Assembly (NCBI GenBank): GCA_000165345.1
Contig: CM000433.1
Span: 832,001-896,000 of the forward strand
Direction of reading: 5' to 3'
Length of the DNA: 64,000 bases
In this document: one piece after another, positions 1 through 10,029 of the stretch
Numbering within the stretch: position 1 is the stretch's first letter
Layout of the letters: the number at the start of each line of letters is the position of its first letter
Program-made: the position numbers and the translations under genes
The notes under the pieces: model-generated
What the model was told of the DNA's origin: nothing
Seen by the model: only the letters and a program-made list of their open reading frames with translations
Databases searched by the model: none

Positions 1-2847
1 TTTGATTATTTTGCTTTGGGAGAGCCATACACACTTAGGATGTTTGGTCAATTCGGCTCTCCTGGTACTGCTATGAGTTGCAGATCTCCAAGATATATTC
101 CATCTAATGAAGAAATGAGAGATATAAATGTAGAATGGCTTTGTTTCAAGCCAAAGACATCAATAACCCAGATTCAAGCAGCAACTGAACTTAAGAAAAT
201 GGTCTCTGAAGATTGCACCATTTCCCAAAATTTGGAGCCTTGCGTTGCTAGCCAAGGGGCTTTGGGGAAAAATTCTTGGTCACTTAATGTTCCTTCTGGA
301 TCTTATGACAAAAGTAAAGTTGCATTAATAGTTCAGAACTTGACCGATACAAACTTCCCAAAAATTTTCGGAACTTATAAAAATGCAGGCTCTTGGTTTA
401 GAATTACAGTGTTGGAAGACAATCCGTATGAAGAAACTTGGTACCCCCATAGCTTTTGTAATGTACTTCCAGTACTTCCAGTTGTTCCAATTTCATTTCC
501 TCAAATATTAAGGTTGAATTCCATGACTCAGCCATGGGATCACTTTAGGGATTCTATTTATTCATTATATATTTCAACATTAGATAATACACATGTAAGT
601 GTTGAATTATCTTTGGGATCAGAAACCTCATTACCAGCTTCTACGGCAATATATTCGACAGCATATCTACTTTGTCAAAATTTGCAGCCTTTGCAAATAC
701 AAGTGGTACCAGAAAAACTCTCTTTATCAAGCTTACTTACTCATGGTACTGTGCCACTAACAGCTGAAGTTCCTCCTATTGCAGCAGGGTTAAGAGGAAG
801 CTTAGACTGTTTTTTGAACTTCTATACAAGCTTTAGTCAACCGTTTTCAGGGAGAGTGGGTACTTTTAGTAGTTTCAGTGGAGCAGCCCCTGCAACTCCT
901 CCATCAGGAGTAGCAATGTATTCCTACTTTTTGTTGGCTGAATCACCTCCATTTGTCGGCTCTTTAAGCCTTTTTGCTCCAGATTCAGAAGGCTCAGTTC
1001 TCACTGATGCTATTTTCCTGCTTGTAGAGAAAATACTCTATGGCTCAGATTCTCAATCTGGAGTTTTCCCGTCTGTAGGTGTTTTGGCATCTAACACTCC
1101 AATTATTAACGAAAATTCAACAGTGATTTTACTTGGAGATTCTTTGCTTACTCTTCCACAAACAATAAGATTACCAGCAATCACAGATACGTGGTATATA
1201 TACTTCAGGGCTCAAACATCTTCAAATAGCGGTTGTAGCATTCCATGTTTATCTAAAATCAAAAATACATTCTTCTCGCATTGGTGTTCTTCTCCAGATT
1301 CAGAAATTCAAATTTGTCCAAAACAAATAGTAAAGATGAAGAAAAATGACTCAGATGAAAATATTTTAGACGCTATCGCAACATCTTTAAATTCAATATC
1401 TTATTATTCCCTTAATGATGCTTTCCAGTTACTTACTAGTCTTGTATTACAGCCAGTATCACAAAAACTTGTTTGGGAAGACTATTTTGAGTTATTATAT
1501 GAAAAGATTTTGGACCCAAATCAAATTCCAAGAGCATTGGATTTCGCTGCATCTAGGCATCAACTTTTATTCATTTTAAGACAAGTATTAGAAGTAGCAA
1601 TTAAAAATCCAAGACTAAAAATAGATACTTTGGCACCACTTCAAATCTTTCCAAACTTGACTCTAAATGCCGAATGTGCTAATAATCCAGGCACAAAGTA
1701 TCTAATTTTGGATAATTTAGACCTTCTTCTTGCTAATAATAGACAAATTGGAACAACTCTTGAACCAAGTGCCGCTAGAATGGATTTAATTCTTAGAGGT
1801 GTTGAAGCTGTTGCAAACAGGTTCTCTTTCTGGAGTGGCCCTTCTCAAAATTTAAACTATACGGGTAAATATTCTGGTATTAACGTCGATATTTATACTA
1901 CATCTTTTTTTATGGCTTATTCTGGAGTTCAAATTGGTTCATACAAGTTTAAATATCTTACAAAAATGGATTTTAGAGAACTTCATCTAATTGAATCCTA
2001 TTATCTAAGACTAAATGAAAGACTTTATAATCCTCAAGAAGTGCAAACTAATTGTTCAAGCTCTATTTTCACGATTTCATCAACGTCTATTAGCTCTGAA
2101 AGGATTTATAACAGTCTGGTCGATATTGGACAAAGAAACAAAACTGAGATGAAAGATCCTGGAGTTTACATAGGATCTACTTCACTTTTCTGGTGCTCCG
2201 TGGATTATCAAGCAATAAGTACGCTTCAACAAGTGGAATTCAGTGTAAGTATTAAAACTGAAGATGAATTAGACTTATCCAATATGCTTTGTGCTGCAAA
2301 GATTAAGGATCAATGGCTTACATCTGCATGTAGAACTATATTAACTGTTTCTGGGTCAAAAGGAAAAGAAATATCTAAGTTTGAATGCTCCTGTAACGCT
2401 ATATCAGATTATGCCCTTGTAGGATTCCCAATACTACGCAAATTTGATCCTACTGATGGAAGTTATGATCCATTTTCACCTTCAATCAACAAACCATGGG
2501 GAGGATTTGATGATTCTCTCAACAGTTTTACAAACAATGAAACTCTAATTTCCCAAATAATTAATTCATCATTCTCTGGATTTATTTCCACATTTGAAAC
2601 ATTGAATGGAGTTCCTTTCTTAAAATCAAATCTATCAAGCTTAGGATCAAGGCCTGGAATTAAAGGTAGTTATAAGCAAGAAGGTAGAGAAGAAAAAAAG
2701 ACATTTGGAATAGAATGGGGAATCAATGAGACTCAGTCATTATATAATGTCTCAAATAATATACTAACATCCTCTAATATCAATAATTACATTCTATGGG
2801 GTCCTACAAACAATTATACTAATAAAGTAAATGCAACAATTACCTAA
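1..2847 (+). CDS. Hypothetical large Ser/Thr/Asn-rich protein with many N-x-S/T sequons, C-terminal part only; the 5' end lies upstream of the window
   Basis: Frame 1 is open from base 1 to the stop at 2845-2847. The track ORF begins at 16 only because of an alternative start codon (TTG). The region has somewhat higher GC than the flanks. No protein family recognised. Confidence 0.5.
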   Translation, partial: FDYFALGEPYTLRMFGQFGSPGTAMSCRSPRYIPSNEEMRDINVEWLCFKPKTSITQIQAATELKKMVSEDCTISQNLEPCVASQGALGKNSWSLNVPSGSYDKSKVALIVQNLTDTNFPKIFGTYKNAGSWFRITVLEDNPYEETWYPHSFCNVLPVLPVVPISFPQILRLNSMTQPWDHFRDSIYSLYISTLDNTHVSVELSLGSETSLPASTAIYSTAYLLCQNLQPLQIQVVPEKLSLSSLLTHGTVPLTAEVPPIAAGLRGSLDCFLNFYTSFSQPFSGRVGTFSSFSGAAPATPPSGVAMYSYFLLAESPPFVGSLSLFAPDSEGSVLTDAIFLLVEKILYGSDSQSGVFPSVGVLASNTPIINENSTVILLGDSLLTLPQTIRLPAITDTWYIYFRAQTSSNSGCSIPCLSKIKNTFFSHWCSSPDSEIQICPKQIVKMKKNDSDENILDAIATSLNSISYYSLNDAFQLLTSLVLQPVSQKLVWEDYFELLYEKILDPNQIPRALDFAASRHQLLFILRQVLEVAIKNPRLKIDTLAPLQIFPNLTLNAECANNPGTKYLILDNLDLLLANNRQIGTTLEPSAARMDLILRGVEAVANRFSFWSGPSQNLNYTGKYSGINVDIYTTSFFMAYSGVQIGSYKFKYLTKMDFRELHLIESYYLRLNERLYNPQEVQTNCSSSIFTISSTSISSERIYNSLVDIGQRNKTEMKDPGVYIGSTSLFWCSVDYQAISTLQQVEFSVSIKTEDELDLSNMLCAAKIKDQWLTSACRTILTVSGSKGKEISKFECSCNAISDYALVGFPILRKFDPTDGSYDPFSPSINKPWGGFDDSLNSFTNNETLISQIINSSFSGFISTFETLNGVPFLKSNLSSLGSRPGIKGSYKQEGREEKKTFGIEWGINETQSLYNVSNNILTSSNINNYILWGPTNNYTNKVNATIT

Positions 2848-3401
2848 TTTTTTAATTTAGTCACAAAGGTAAAATGGGCCAGGACCTCAATTAAATAGCC
2901 TATGTTGAGAGTAATATTCTCAAAGTTTCACAAAATACTCCATATTAGGTTTAATTATTTATAGTCCATATTATCATCTTTAATTATTTTTTATTAACCA
3001 CTTGTAATCTCAAGTTTCTTAATTGTATTGAATCATTAGAAATACCAAATTTTTTAGGATCTGAGGCTTCTTCTTTTTATCTAAATACCAAAACTATGAA
3101 AAATAATATAATTTATTTATATTGGAGTTTTGCATGCATGCATTCCGGTCTGGCGCAACATAAGTGATAATCTGCAATGAAAGAAATTTTATATAATAAA
3201 AACTATTTAAACTTTAAATTAAAAATTATATTTAGGTTTAATATGCTCTAAGTTTAGAATTAATAAACAGATTATTAATTATTTCAGATAATATATTCAT
3301 ATATGTTCAATTGACCAAAATATTAAGACTAATTTGCTAGAATATAATTGAATTACATAATGAATAGAAAGTTGAAAAACACAATTATCAAAAATTGATT
3401 T

Positions 3402-4424
3402 TTATTCTTGATTACCAACCAATGTTTGGGTCTCGCTATGATCATTTAGATAGACTTCAAATCCATCAAGTCTCTGTTTGATCGATAGTAATTCAATGAG
3501 ATTACTCCATTCTTGTCTAATATATGAAAGAATTCTGAGCATATTATTTACAACAGCTACAGAAGCAGTATATGTACCAAAATCTATGTCACCTTTTAAG
3601 TAAGAAGGAATGATGAAGAATACAACAAAGTATCTTCTGAAGAAAATAGTTGCAGTAGATGCTGAGTCAACAAACATCATATGCTTATACATTTGGAAAC
3701 TATTATTTCTGACTTCAATGAAAAGTTTTCTGATAGTTGTTAGATCTTCATCTCGTACACTGACTTCTTCTGAATAGATAAGTTTCTTTCTATATGACGC
3801 TTCAAGTACTTGGTTGTCGTACTCGATGCTTGGGAGCTTAATTCCTGAAATAACTAGTGGAACAAAGCATAATAAATCGAAACTTAGAGCTGCGAATAAC
3901 AAAGAGTGAGAGTGAGATCCAAAGAATGGTACATAAGACATCATTCTACCATAATTTACAACTAATCTGTAAAATGCTATAGTTTTGCATGACCAGTATA
4001 GCATCTCAATTGCTATAGTTTCCAAAATTACAGCAAACTTTTGACAATCTTCTTGAATTCTTTGAGAAGCACCTTCAATGGTCTTTAGATGTTCCCACTT
4101 TTTTAGATAATAATTATTTAGAGCTGTTCTCCATTTAAATGCAATAAAATTACCTAATATTGCTCTACAGGCATTGCTTAGTGAAACTCCTGCAATTTCA
4201 ATCCATATAAAGCCATAAATAAATTGGATGAAATCATCAACTGTAGCTTTGTATCCTCCAGGGGTTGGATTTAAAAGACTTTGCATACAATTTGCATAGT
4301 ACTCTACAAGATAACTTGAGTGAGTGTCAAAGAAGCACTCAAAAATAGCCAAGCTTAAGATCAGGACAGACCCTAAATATGCCCATATGGCATATTTTTT
4401 GTCGCCAAAAAATTGTAAAATCAT
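3402..4424 (-). CDS. SbmA/BacA-type peptide-uptake transporter transmembrane-domain protein, paralog 1 (about 340 aa, no nucleotide-binding domain)
   Basis: Contains W-R-T-A-L-N-N-Y-Y-L-K-K-W...E-G-A-S-Q-R-I-Q-E-D, I-E-Y-D-N-Q-V-L-E-A-S-Y-R-K-K-L-I-Y-S-E-E and L-I-E-L-L-S-I-K-Q-R-L-D-G-F-E. These match, almost motif for motif, E. coli SbmA (W-R-T-A-M-N-E-Y-Y...[47 protein letters not shown]), recalled from memory. Several hydrophobic transmembrane segments. Confidence 0.75.
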   Translation of the reverse strand: MILQFFGDKKYAIWAYLGSVLILSLAIFECFFDTHSSYLVEYYANCMQSLLNPTPGGYKATVDDFIQFIYGFIWIEIAGVSLSNACRAILGNFIAFKWRTALNNYYLKKWEHLKTIEGASQRIQEDCQKFAVILETIAIEMLYWSCKTIAFYRLVVNYGRMMSYVPFFGSHSHSLLFAALSFDLLCFVPLVISGIKLPSIEYDNQVLEASYRKKLIYSEEVSVRDEDLTTIRKLFIEVRNNSFQMYKHMMFVDSASTATIFFRRYFVVFFIIPSYLKGDIDFGTYTASVAVVNNMLRILSYIRQEWSNLIELLSIKQRLDGFEVYLNDHSETQTLVGNQE

Positions 4425-4809
4425 GTTTCTTCTTTAATATGATAAATTTCCAAGAATAACGATAGTGATTTTTGTTGTCTGTTATATAATATCATATTCT
4501 TTTTTTTTGGGTAGGTGGGAAAATTTTTTTTTAGATACATGCCGGGAAAATGTCAAACTTTCGTTTTTGTTACCACAAAAAATTAATATATTTAGTAGCG
4601 GTACTCCCGCCAAGCATCGCATTTGTGATGAAGAAATGCATTCTTAAAAACAAGAACACTATTTTATATTTACAATAAAAAGCAACAAGAGAGAAAAGAT
4701 TATTAACTTTAAAGTTTTAAGCCATTTATAACATTTTTTCCTGAAATTTTTACTTACATCAATATCGAATCTGGAGAATCTATAAATTAAAGCTTAACTA
4801 AACAAAAAC
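4425..4809. promoter_or_regulatory. Shared divergent promoter region between the two SbmA/BacA-like genes, with E2F-like motifs
   Basis: A 385-nt region lies between two divergent start codons. It contains GCCGGGAAAA (4541-4550) and TCCCGCCAAG (4606-4615), close to the Cryptosporidium E2F-like G-box consensus. Confidence 0.5.
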
Positions 4810-5826
4810 ATGATATCTCCATACTTATTTAATAAAAAGTATGCACTTAGGGCTTACCCCTTAATCATAGTATTATTAGCTATGATGTGGATTGAAACAG
4901 GACTTAATATCAAAATGACCAAAATTTTCGGAGATTTTAACCAAAGACTTTCTGATTGTGAATCAAAGAGCTCAGACTGCACAATGAATGAAATGTTTAA
5001 ATTTGCATTAAATAACTTTGCTTTAAACTTCTTAATTATTTCATTTTTAAGATGCTTAACAAGCTATCTTGTAAATGTCTTTATATTTTACTGGAGGCAA
5101 GCACTTACAGAATATTACTTAAAAAGCTGGAACTTAATTAGTAGTGTTGAGGGAGCATCTCAGAGGGTACAAGAAGATACAGCAAGATGGGCAAAACAAT
5201 TACGTCTTACCATTTTTGAAATTGTAAGTGCAGGAATGACATTTATTAAAATCATTCCAGAACTTATCGCAGTTTCATCAGCAATTCCTGAAATTTTTAT
5301 TCTCGGAAAGATTAAGAATGGAATTATTTACCCACCATTTATTATATTTGGAATTCAAGTAATAATTTTAGCATTTTCAAGTTATAAATTACCTTATCTT
5401 CACTTTGAAAACCAGAAACTTGAAGCCAAATATAGAAAGGTCCTTGCTTTGAATGAAGATTCAGAACATAACGTTGACTCAAAAGAGTTGGAATCAATTT
5501 ATGAGCACTTGACTAGGAATTACTACTCTACCTTCAAGTGCACCTTCTTCTTCCAATATTTGTATGTTTCTGCAAATGAAATTGCTTTCTTCGTTGGTAA
5601 TATTTTCTTATGGCCATCATTTTTCCATGGCTCTATGACTGTAAAAATCTATTATACAGTCCAAAAGTTTATGGGAGATATGTTATTTGTTTTCATGATC
5701 ATTCAGGAAAGATGGAGAGGATTCACTGAGTTGATGTCAGTCTATAGAAGATTGAGAACATTCGAGGATGAAATTAGCAAAGCTGCTAAGGAAGGTGTTC
5801 AACTTAAAGAGATTGATCTAGATTAA
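4810..5826 (+). CDS. SbmA/BacA-type peptide-uptake transporter transmembrane-domain protein, paralog 2 (338 aa)
   Basis: Contains [13 protein letters not shown]...[33 protein letters not shown] and [17 protein letters not shown], closely matching the SbmA signature stretches. It is paralogous to the gene at 3402-4424. Confidence 0.8.
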   Translation: [338 protein letters not shown]

Positions 5827-6479
5827 TTAATATAAGTTACTTTGTTTTCCAAGAAGAAATGAATGTTCTATTATTTAACACTGATACATTTTATATAGTT
5901 GATTATAAAAGAATGAAAGATTGATCCATACAAGTAAGAATCAACTAGCCTATTTATTAGTACACTATATAGACTTATTTATTGTTACAAATTTTGTCTA
6001 ATAATTTTTTTTTAATTAAAATTCATTTAATCAAAGATTGATATTAAGGAAAACTTTTCTTAGAATTGCAACACATTTTAGGCGGTTTTTGCGTTTACCA
6101 CGAATTTATCAAATAATTATGAAAGAAGTTTGTAACAAAATCTAGAAACACAATAGCATTAGTTATTTGTAGATATTATTAGTTTGTTAGCTAATTGTTG
6201 TTTAATTTCCTTCTACTAAAGTTTTGGCAATTGAAGCCATACATTTGATTACATATAATCATCTAGAGAAAGCATTTTGTAATTGATAGGTTTTTTTTTT
6301 TTTCCTGCAAGTGTTAGGTAATGATCTAATAATAAAATCAAATTAAATACAAATTTGCTAATTAATTCAAATTTTAAGGTGCTCCTGGTTTTTAAAATAT
6401 TTTTTAGTGTGTGTATATTTAATAAGCGATTTATACACACAATAAAATTTAATAATTTTATTTAGAAATTTTTGTTTAA

Positions 6480-7853
6480 ATGAAAATTTCTATCAAAATA
6501 TGTCTAACACTAATCTCTTGTTTTACCATTTTAATTCTATTTCTTCAATTCAATACAGTATATTCTGAATCTGCAAAATCGATAGATGAAGAATTAGATA
6601 CTAGAAAAAGTCCTAATCTAGGTATTGAATCTAGTGAAATTGAAAATAAACTCTTAGTTACCACAAGAAGAAGTAGCTTTGATTCCATGGTAGCAAAAAG
6701 TTTCCGTGAAAGAAGAGAATCATCAAAATCATCTGAAACAAGTTTGAGCTCCAAAGAAGAAGAGATCACTAAAATAGAGAAAGAGATAGAAACAAATCTA
6801 TTCAGGGAGGTTATTAGTGTAGTTATAATGGAATTTGAAACTTTTGTCTTTAAATCAGGATATCTTTTTTTGACTAATTTTTGGCTAGATATGAGGTCAA
6901 ATTTCGATAATATTGATATTGTTAAAGGCTTAGTTGACTATTGGGGAGGTGAAGAATCAGAAGACTTATACCCAAGTTTGGTTTCTTTTTTTTATAAGGA
7001 AAATATGAAAAGATTAAAGATGTATTTATATCCATCATTTGATAAAAAACTAAAGCCAAAGAAAAAATTATTAAAAGACTTTTTGTATAATGCTTATCGG
7101 TTATCATGTCAAGATTCAAAGAAAAGTTTGGCAATTTTAATATTAATGTTTCAAAGAGAAGTTAATCTTATTTATACATCATATTTACTATTTCTAATAT
7201 CTTGTTCTCATAAGGACTTTTATCAGATGGAATTTGTTGAAATTTTCCAATTAATTTTACACAACACAGATTTTGCTGAAGACAAGATCGTTTCAATAGC
7301 TGATAAAAATGTTGAAACTTTTATAAAATTTTTTAAGAAGAAACTAAAGATCGAACATAGTAACCTTCCTAGTAATAATAAAATAAAAACTCTAAATCCA
7401 TTAAATATGCATAAAATTGACTTTGAAATTTTTGGGTTAAACTTTTGTGAGTCATTGTTGGAAATATCTATTTTGAAAAATGTGATTTTTCTTTATAATT
7501 ATCTTATTTTCCTTTTTGGTTCAAGATTTTCAAAGCCTGAAGAAGTACTTATAGCAACAGATATGTTTAAATTTGTTTCTTCTTCAGCAACAACTACAAC
7601 AGAAATTATTGCCATGCTACTATTTAATGAGAGTACATTTACCTCCTTAAAATCAAAAATGTTTTTACTTCACGGTGTTGATATTAGTGCCTTAAAAAAT
7701 AGATTCAAAGAATGTATCCAAAAAATTGATTCATATCGAGAATTAAATGGAATTAGATTTTTGACAGATTTCCAGGAAAAATCAACTAGACGCAATGATC
7801 CAAATGAATTAATTAAAAATAGACTAAGGTCAAAATTTGCTTTTTTGACTTAG
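6480..7853 (+). CDS. Hypothetical secreted Lys/Ser/Glu-rich protein with a predicted N-terminal signal peptide
   Basis: A 457-aa ORF. The N-terminus MKISIKICLTLISCFTILILFLQFNTVYS is hydrophobic and signal-like. The rest is low-complexity and charged. No family recognised. Confidence 0.5.
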   Translation: MKISIKICLTLISCFTILILFLQFNTVYSESAKSIDEELDTRKSPNLGIESSEIENKLLVTTRRSSFDSMVAKSFRERRESSKSSETSLSSKEEEITKIEKEIETNLFREVISVVIMEFETFVFKSGYLFLTNFWLDMRSNFDNIDIVKGLVDYWGGEESEDLYPSLVSFFYKENMKRLKMYLYPSFDKKLKPKKKLLKDFLYNAYRLSCQDSKKSLAILILMFQREVNLIYTSYLLFLISCSHKDFYQMEFVEIFQLILHNTDFAEDKIVSIADKNVETFIKFFKKKLKIEHSNLPSNNKIKTLNPLNMHKIDFEIFGLNFCESLLEISILKNVIFLYNYLIFLFGSRFSKPEEVLIATDMFKFVSSSATTTTEIIAMLLFNESTFTSLKSKMFLLHGVDISALKNRFKECIQKIDSYRELNGIRFLTDFQEKSTRRNDPNELIKNRLRSKFAFLT

Positions 7854-10029
7854 ATATAAATTATATATTTGAGTTTGGCTTTTGGAAAGGGAAAGCTCAT
7901 AATATTCACATATAATTTGAACATTCCTTTAATTTGCATTTTACATGACTTTCTGTATATGGAATCAGAAATACAGATTTTTTTTTTATTTTCAAGAATT
8001 AGAATTCTAATGGAAATACAATTATTTGATCTGCTGTGTTTATTAATCAGACCAAAGAAATAATTATTTATTAATTCGAGGGTTTAATTTTTTTATTTTT
8101 GCCATTTTCTTCAAGTTTTTGTTATTTTTAAAGTGAAACAAAAAAAAAGTTTTTATGATTTGAATAAAACAATTTTTGGTAATATTTTACTAAATTAAAA
8201 GTTTTTATTTGATATATTTTCATTCCATTTTTTTATTTGTTCTTTATTATTCATTAAACTAAAAACAACGCAAGGCTCCACTGCTTTTTTTTGATTGACA
8301 ATTATAAGTATAAAGAGTTGAACTTATAATTTTCTCTTTCCAAATTTTTATTATAATTTATTTCAAAGTCATAATAGAGTCATCAACATTGATTTCCAGT
8401 TTTAGTTTTTTACCAGAATTTATAGTAAATATATTAGTGGCTTTGGCGATTAGCTATCATCCAAGTTTAAGAACTGATATCATTGTTATTTTATCAAGTT
8501 TTCTAAATAAAATAGAAACAATGATTTAACAGAATTGATAATTTAAAAGAAAAGTTAATGATATATATATTTTTTTATTAGCATTTAGATTTACAATTTA
8601 TACGCAATTAATTTTTTTGTTTCAGTTCAGTATGAAAATTGCTAGTTTCTTGCAAAATTGGTACATACAATTAGTTATATTAGAATTTAAGCGACTTTTA
8701 AAAAATCAAAAAAAGACTTTTTTTTTTTTAAATGATTGAATATTTTATTGGTCTATAAACTAATAATTTAGAAAACTAATTCCAAGTTAAAGTTGTTTTT
8801 TTGTTTTATTAATTCAATTGGCTTGGCTAAAAAAAAAATTACTAATTATTTTATTATTAGAAATTTAATAAGTTGCTTTTTTCATAAGTTTTAAATTCAT
8901 ATTGGAATTTAAAGTGGAATTTTTACTCCAAAAAATAATTGTAAATATTAAATAACTAAATATTTTTTCATTTAAAGTTTAGTAGTAATAAAACATAATT
9001 ATTGTTCTTCAAACTAAACAACATATAAAAGTAATTACTATATTTTGTAATTATTCAATTATAGTATCAAGCTATTGATCATTATTAACAATATTATTTA
9101 GAATTATTAAATTTCTAGTATTAAGTATTGATCAATATCTTTAAGAATCTAAAAACTGAGTTCAAATTTTTTAAATTGATTGTGATAAAATAGTTAATCC
9201 ACAATTAAAGCCAATCTAATATTATATACATGATTTATTTTTTTTTTTGATGAGTATTTGAAATGAATATTATTTTGATTTTGTAAGCTAATCTTCATCA
9301 AAAAATTTTCAATTCAAACTTTATCTTTGAGAGGCTTTAAGATTTGTTTGTTCCTTAACAACCTAAAATATTACAAGCTGTTTAATGATAATATTTTGTT
9401 AAAATAGAATTCAATAAAGTATAACTCAATAAAAGGGAACATAAGTAAGCATACATTACTAGACGACATTTCTAGTTTAAAGAAATTAGTTGGAATCAAT
9501 TAAAGGAAGGAGCGTTTCGTCATTCAAATTTGGTTCAAAAAATAAAGCTAATTAAATTATTCTGAAAAATTGTTAGTTTTTTATCAACTAATTTAAATGA
9601 TTTGATTTTACTATTATAAATTTAGCAAAAAAAAAAAAAATCTATCAAAGTTTTTATATTGGATTTAATTAAAGATTGAATGATTTAAAATCTTAGCTCA
9701 ATTTACTTTAATAGAGTTAAACTATTATAAAAAGTTTGTTAGTAGCATGAAATTCAATTAATTAGAATTGTCTTGAATCGGAATATAACATAGTAATTTG
9801 ACCATTATACTCCAAGCACAATGTTAGTGAATAGTTGTTAAATATTGTATAATTAATAGTTAATTTGTTTAGAGAATTATAGAAATAAATGTATTTAAAG
9901 TAAGTCCATGGATTTCTGATTCTTTTGATTTTCGCGGGTAAAAATTTAAAGGAAAATTAAGGTGATAATTTAATAAACCGCCAAATAGAAATGGAGCAAA
10001 AAATAAAAATAAGAATTTAGTAAAATCAA

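Noticed and set aside
4465-4647. 60-codon ORF inside the shared SbmA promoter, and similar short intergenic ORFs (6249-6440, 7869-8063, 48066-48275, 52350-52568)
   Set aside because: They overlap E2F-like motifs or poly-T/poly-A tracts, have no recognisable domains, and are of a length expected by chance. The gene-desert ORFs at 47330 and 47588 are kept only as low-confidence candidates in the findings.
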